From positions 705,076-769,075 of the forward strand of contig PBIN01000014.1 in the NCBI GenBank assembly GCA_002720855.1: a stretch of DNA of 64,000 bases. Reading direction: 5' to 3'. How positions within the stretch are numbered: position 1 is the stretch's first letter; every line of letters starts with the position of its first letter. A program made the translations under genes and the position numbers. The stretch comes from Rhodospirillaceae bacterium (GTDB taxonomy: Bacteria; Pseudomonadota; Alphaproteobacteria; MPNO01; UBA2964). The notes under the pieces are model-generated. The model was given only the letters and a program-made list of their open reading frames with translations. It ran no database searches and was not told the origin of the DNA. Shown here one piece after another: positions 62,763-64,000 of this stretch.

Positions 62763-63824
62763 TTAACTGGCCTTCTTTAACCCAGCGTGGGCCTTGGCAG
62801 AGCAAACGCGGTTTCGGCCATCCTCTTTGGCTTTATAAAGAAGGCCATCTGCTCTTTCGATCAGCGCGTCAATGGGTTCGCCAATAATGTATTCAGTGAC
62901 ACCGACAGACATTGTCACTTTGCCATAGCTATCGGTTGATCCTTTCTTGGCGAGCTTGCGAGACGAAAGTTTTTCGCGCAGATGGTCCGCGACGATTGCT
63001 GCACCGTTCAAAGGCGTATCAGGCAAGATTACGGCAAATTCTTCTCCGCCGTATCTGGCGGGGAGATCGCTGCCTTTGACATTTTCGACAAGAATTCGAC
63101 CAACTAGACGAAGAACCTGGTCGCCAACCTGGTGACCGTGAGTGTCATTAAACTTCTTGAAATGATCGACATCGCAAATGGCCAAACAAAGTGGTTCGCC
63201 GTTTTCTCGGGCTTCCGTTGCCAGCTGCAAAAGCGTTTCATCGAAACAACGGCGATTTGCGAGACCGGTTAGTTTATCCGTCATTGCATCGCGTTTGGTT
63301 TCGGCAAGCTCGCGGCGTAGCTCCTCCAACTCGTTGCTGGACTCACGAACCCTTTCCTGCAACGTATTGATCTGCCCATTCATCGATTGGGTTTCTGAAA
63401 GAATATCGCCAATCATTTGCGTCAGATCAGCATTGTTTTCCGCACCTTCGAGATTGCCCGAAAAATTTTCCAGAATTTTTCCATACTTCTCTGTGCCGGT
63501 TCCAACATCACCTAGTGCTTCGGCGATTTGTGTCGCAACATCGCCCATGCGCTGGCCCCAGGCTTCGTTCTGGCTTTCGCCGCCACCCGGGACAATAAAT
63601 TTGTTGTAGATCATGCGCATCTGCTCAGGTGAAAAATCAAGCTCCTTCTCTTTCGCACGATCAATGAATCGCATGAGAGCCGGATTTCTTCCGGATAGAT
63701 GGTCAAACCAAACCGTGTAATTTTGAGGATTAGGTGGAATTCTCTCCGACGCTAGTTCCTCGATAGTTTGCTTGGCGATTTCGGCAGCTTTTTCGATAGG
63801 TTCTGAATATATCACGCTATGCAC
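62763..63824 (-). CDS. diguanylate cyclase (GGDEF) with a coiled-coil/sensor N-domain
   Basis: DKLTGLANRR, DVDHFKKFNDTHGH and ARYGGEEFAVIL. Confidence 0.9.
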   Translation of the reverse strand: MHSVIYSEPIEKAAEIAKQTIEELASERIPPNPQNYTVWFDHLSGRNPALMRFIDRAKEKELDFSPEQMRMIYNKFIVPGGGESQNEAWGQRMGDVATQIAEALGDVGTGTEKYGKILENFSGNLEGAENNADLTQMIGDILSETQSMNGQINTLQERVRESSNELEELRRELAETKRDAMTDKLTGLANRRCFDETLLQLATEARENGEPLCLAICDVDHFKKFNDTHGHQVGDQVLRLVGRILVENVKGSDLPARYGGEEFAVILPDTPLNGAAIVADHLREKLSSRKLAKKGSTDSYGKVTMSVGVTEYIIGEPIDALIERADGLLYKAKEDGRNRVCSAKAHAGLKKAS

Positions 63825-63864
63825 TCGATAATTGTTTGAATTTCGGTTTATAGATTTGCATCAC

Positions 63865-64000
63865 CTAAGCGTCGAACGGTCTCAAATGCGAAATAGACGC
63901 TTTATTGAGTAATAAAATGACTTCGTTTTCATCGACAAAAGGGATGAACTGGGTGGCACTGTTAAGAACGTCTTGAATACGAGAAGTTGCTTCCACAAAG
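63865..64000 (-). CDS. C-terminal fragment of a hypothetical protein; gene continues beyond the right edge
   Basis: Reverse frame from 63999 reads FVEATSRIQDVLNSATQFIPFVDENEVILLLNKASISHLRPFDA* with a stop at 63865..63867. No family call. Confidence 0.3.
   Translation of the reverse strand, partial: FVEATSRIQDVLNSATQFIPFVDENEVILLLNKASISHLRPFDA

Noticed and set aside
1-64000. CRISPR arrays, rRNA and tRNA genes, IS elements with terminal inverted repeats, integrase genes
   Set aside because: I found no regularly spaced repeats, no cloverleaf-like or rRNA-like segments in the intergenic regions, and no transposase or integrase motifs. A tRNAscan or Infernal run would be needed to be certain about small RNAs.

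Overview
This 64-kb chromosomal segment holds about 68 protein-coding genes. I could find no rRNA, tRNA or CRISPR array by eye.

**Likely origin (inference).** The gene content points to an alphaproteobacterium, possibly marine. The evidence is an imuA-imuB-dnaE2 cassette behind a GTTC-N7-GTTC direct-repeat SOS box, pssA next to a small-type psd, leuCD, zapE, yciB, a long-form ribA and a NavAb-like sodium channel.

**Catabolic content.** Most of the window is paralogue-rich catabolic DNA:
- 3.3-11.4 kb: a CoA-dependent side-chain-cleavage cluster with two acyl-CoA dehydrogenase + HCHL-like hydratase/lyase pairs, a FerA-type CoA ligase, an AcuI/YhdH-type reductase and a PaaI thioesterase.
- Four class II aldolase/adducin-fold genes.
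- Three isochorismatase-family genes, two of them in tandem.
- Several VOC/extradiol dioxygenase genes.
- Three tandem MFS transporters.
- A GldA/F/G-like ABC + DUF4340 operon.

**Accessory region (about 21.0-27.7 kb).** It contains an S24/HTH CI-like repressor surrounded by four to five copies of a 20-bp palindromic operator. It also has an intact chimeric ORF that joins a terminase-like ATPase N-terminus to a phage tail-collar C-terminus, and two visibly AT-richer cargo genes.

**Other oddities:**
- Lys/Ala-rich histone-H1-like tails on opposite ends of the two HCHL-like paralogues.
- An aldolase-fold paralogue lacking all three Zn-binding His, coupled to an extradiol dioxygenase.
- An orphan E1-alpha-like protein lacking the ThDP motif.
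- A pseudo-receiver with Glu at the phospho-acceptor position.
- A FliL-domain gene behind a roughly 125-bp stretch of extremely AT-rich DNA.
- A gene broken by an in-frame TAG.

I cannot point to one clear-cut novel multi-gene system. The repressor/operator module with the chimeric phage ORF, and the tailed HCHL cluster, are the best candidates. All family assignments come from motif recognition by eye, not from searches.
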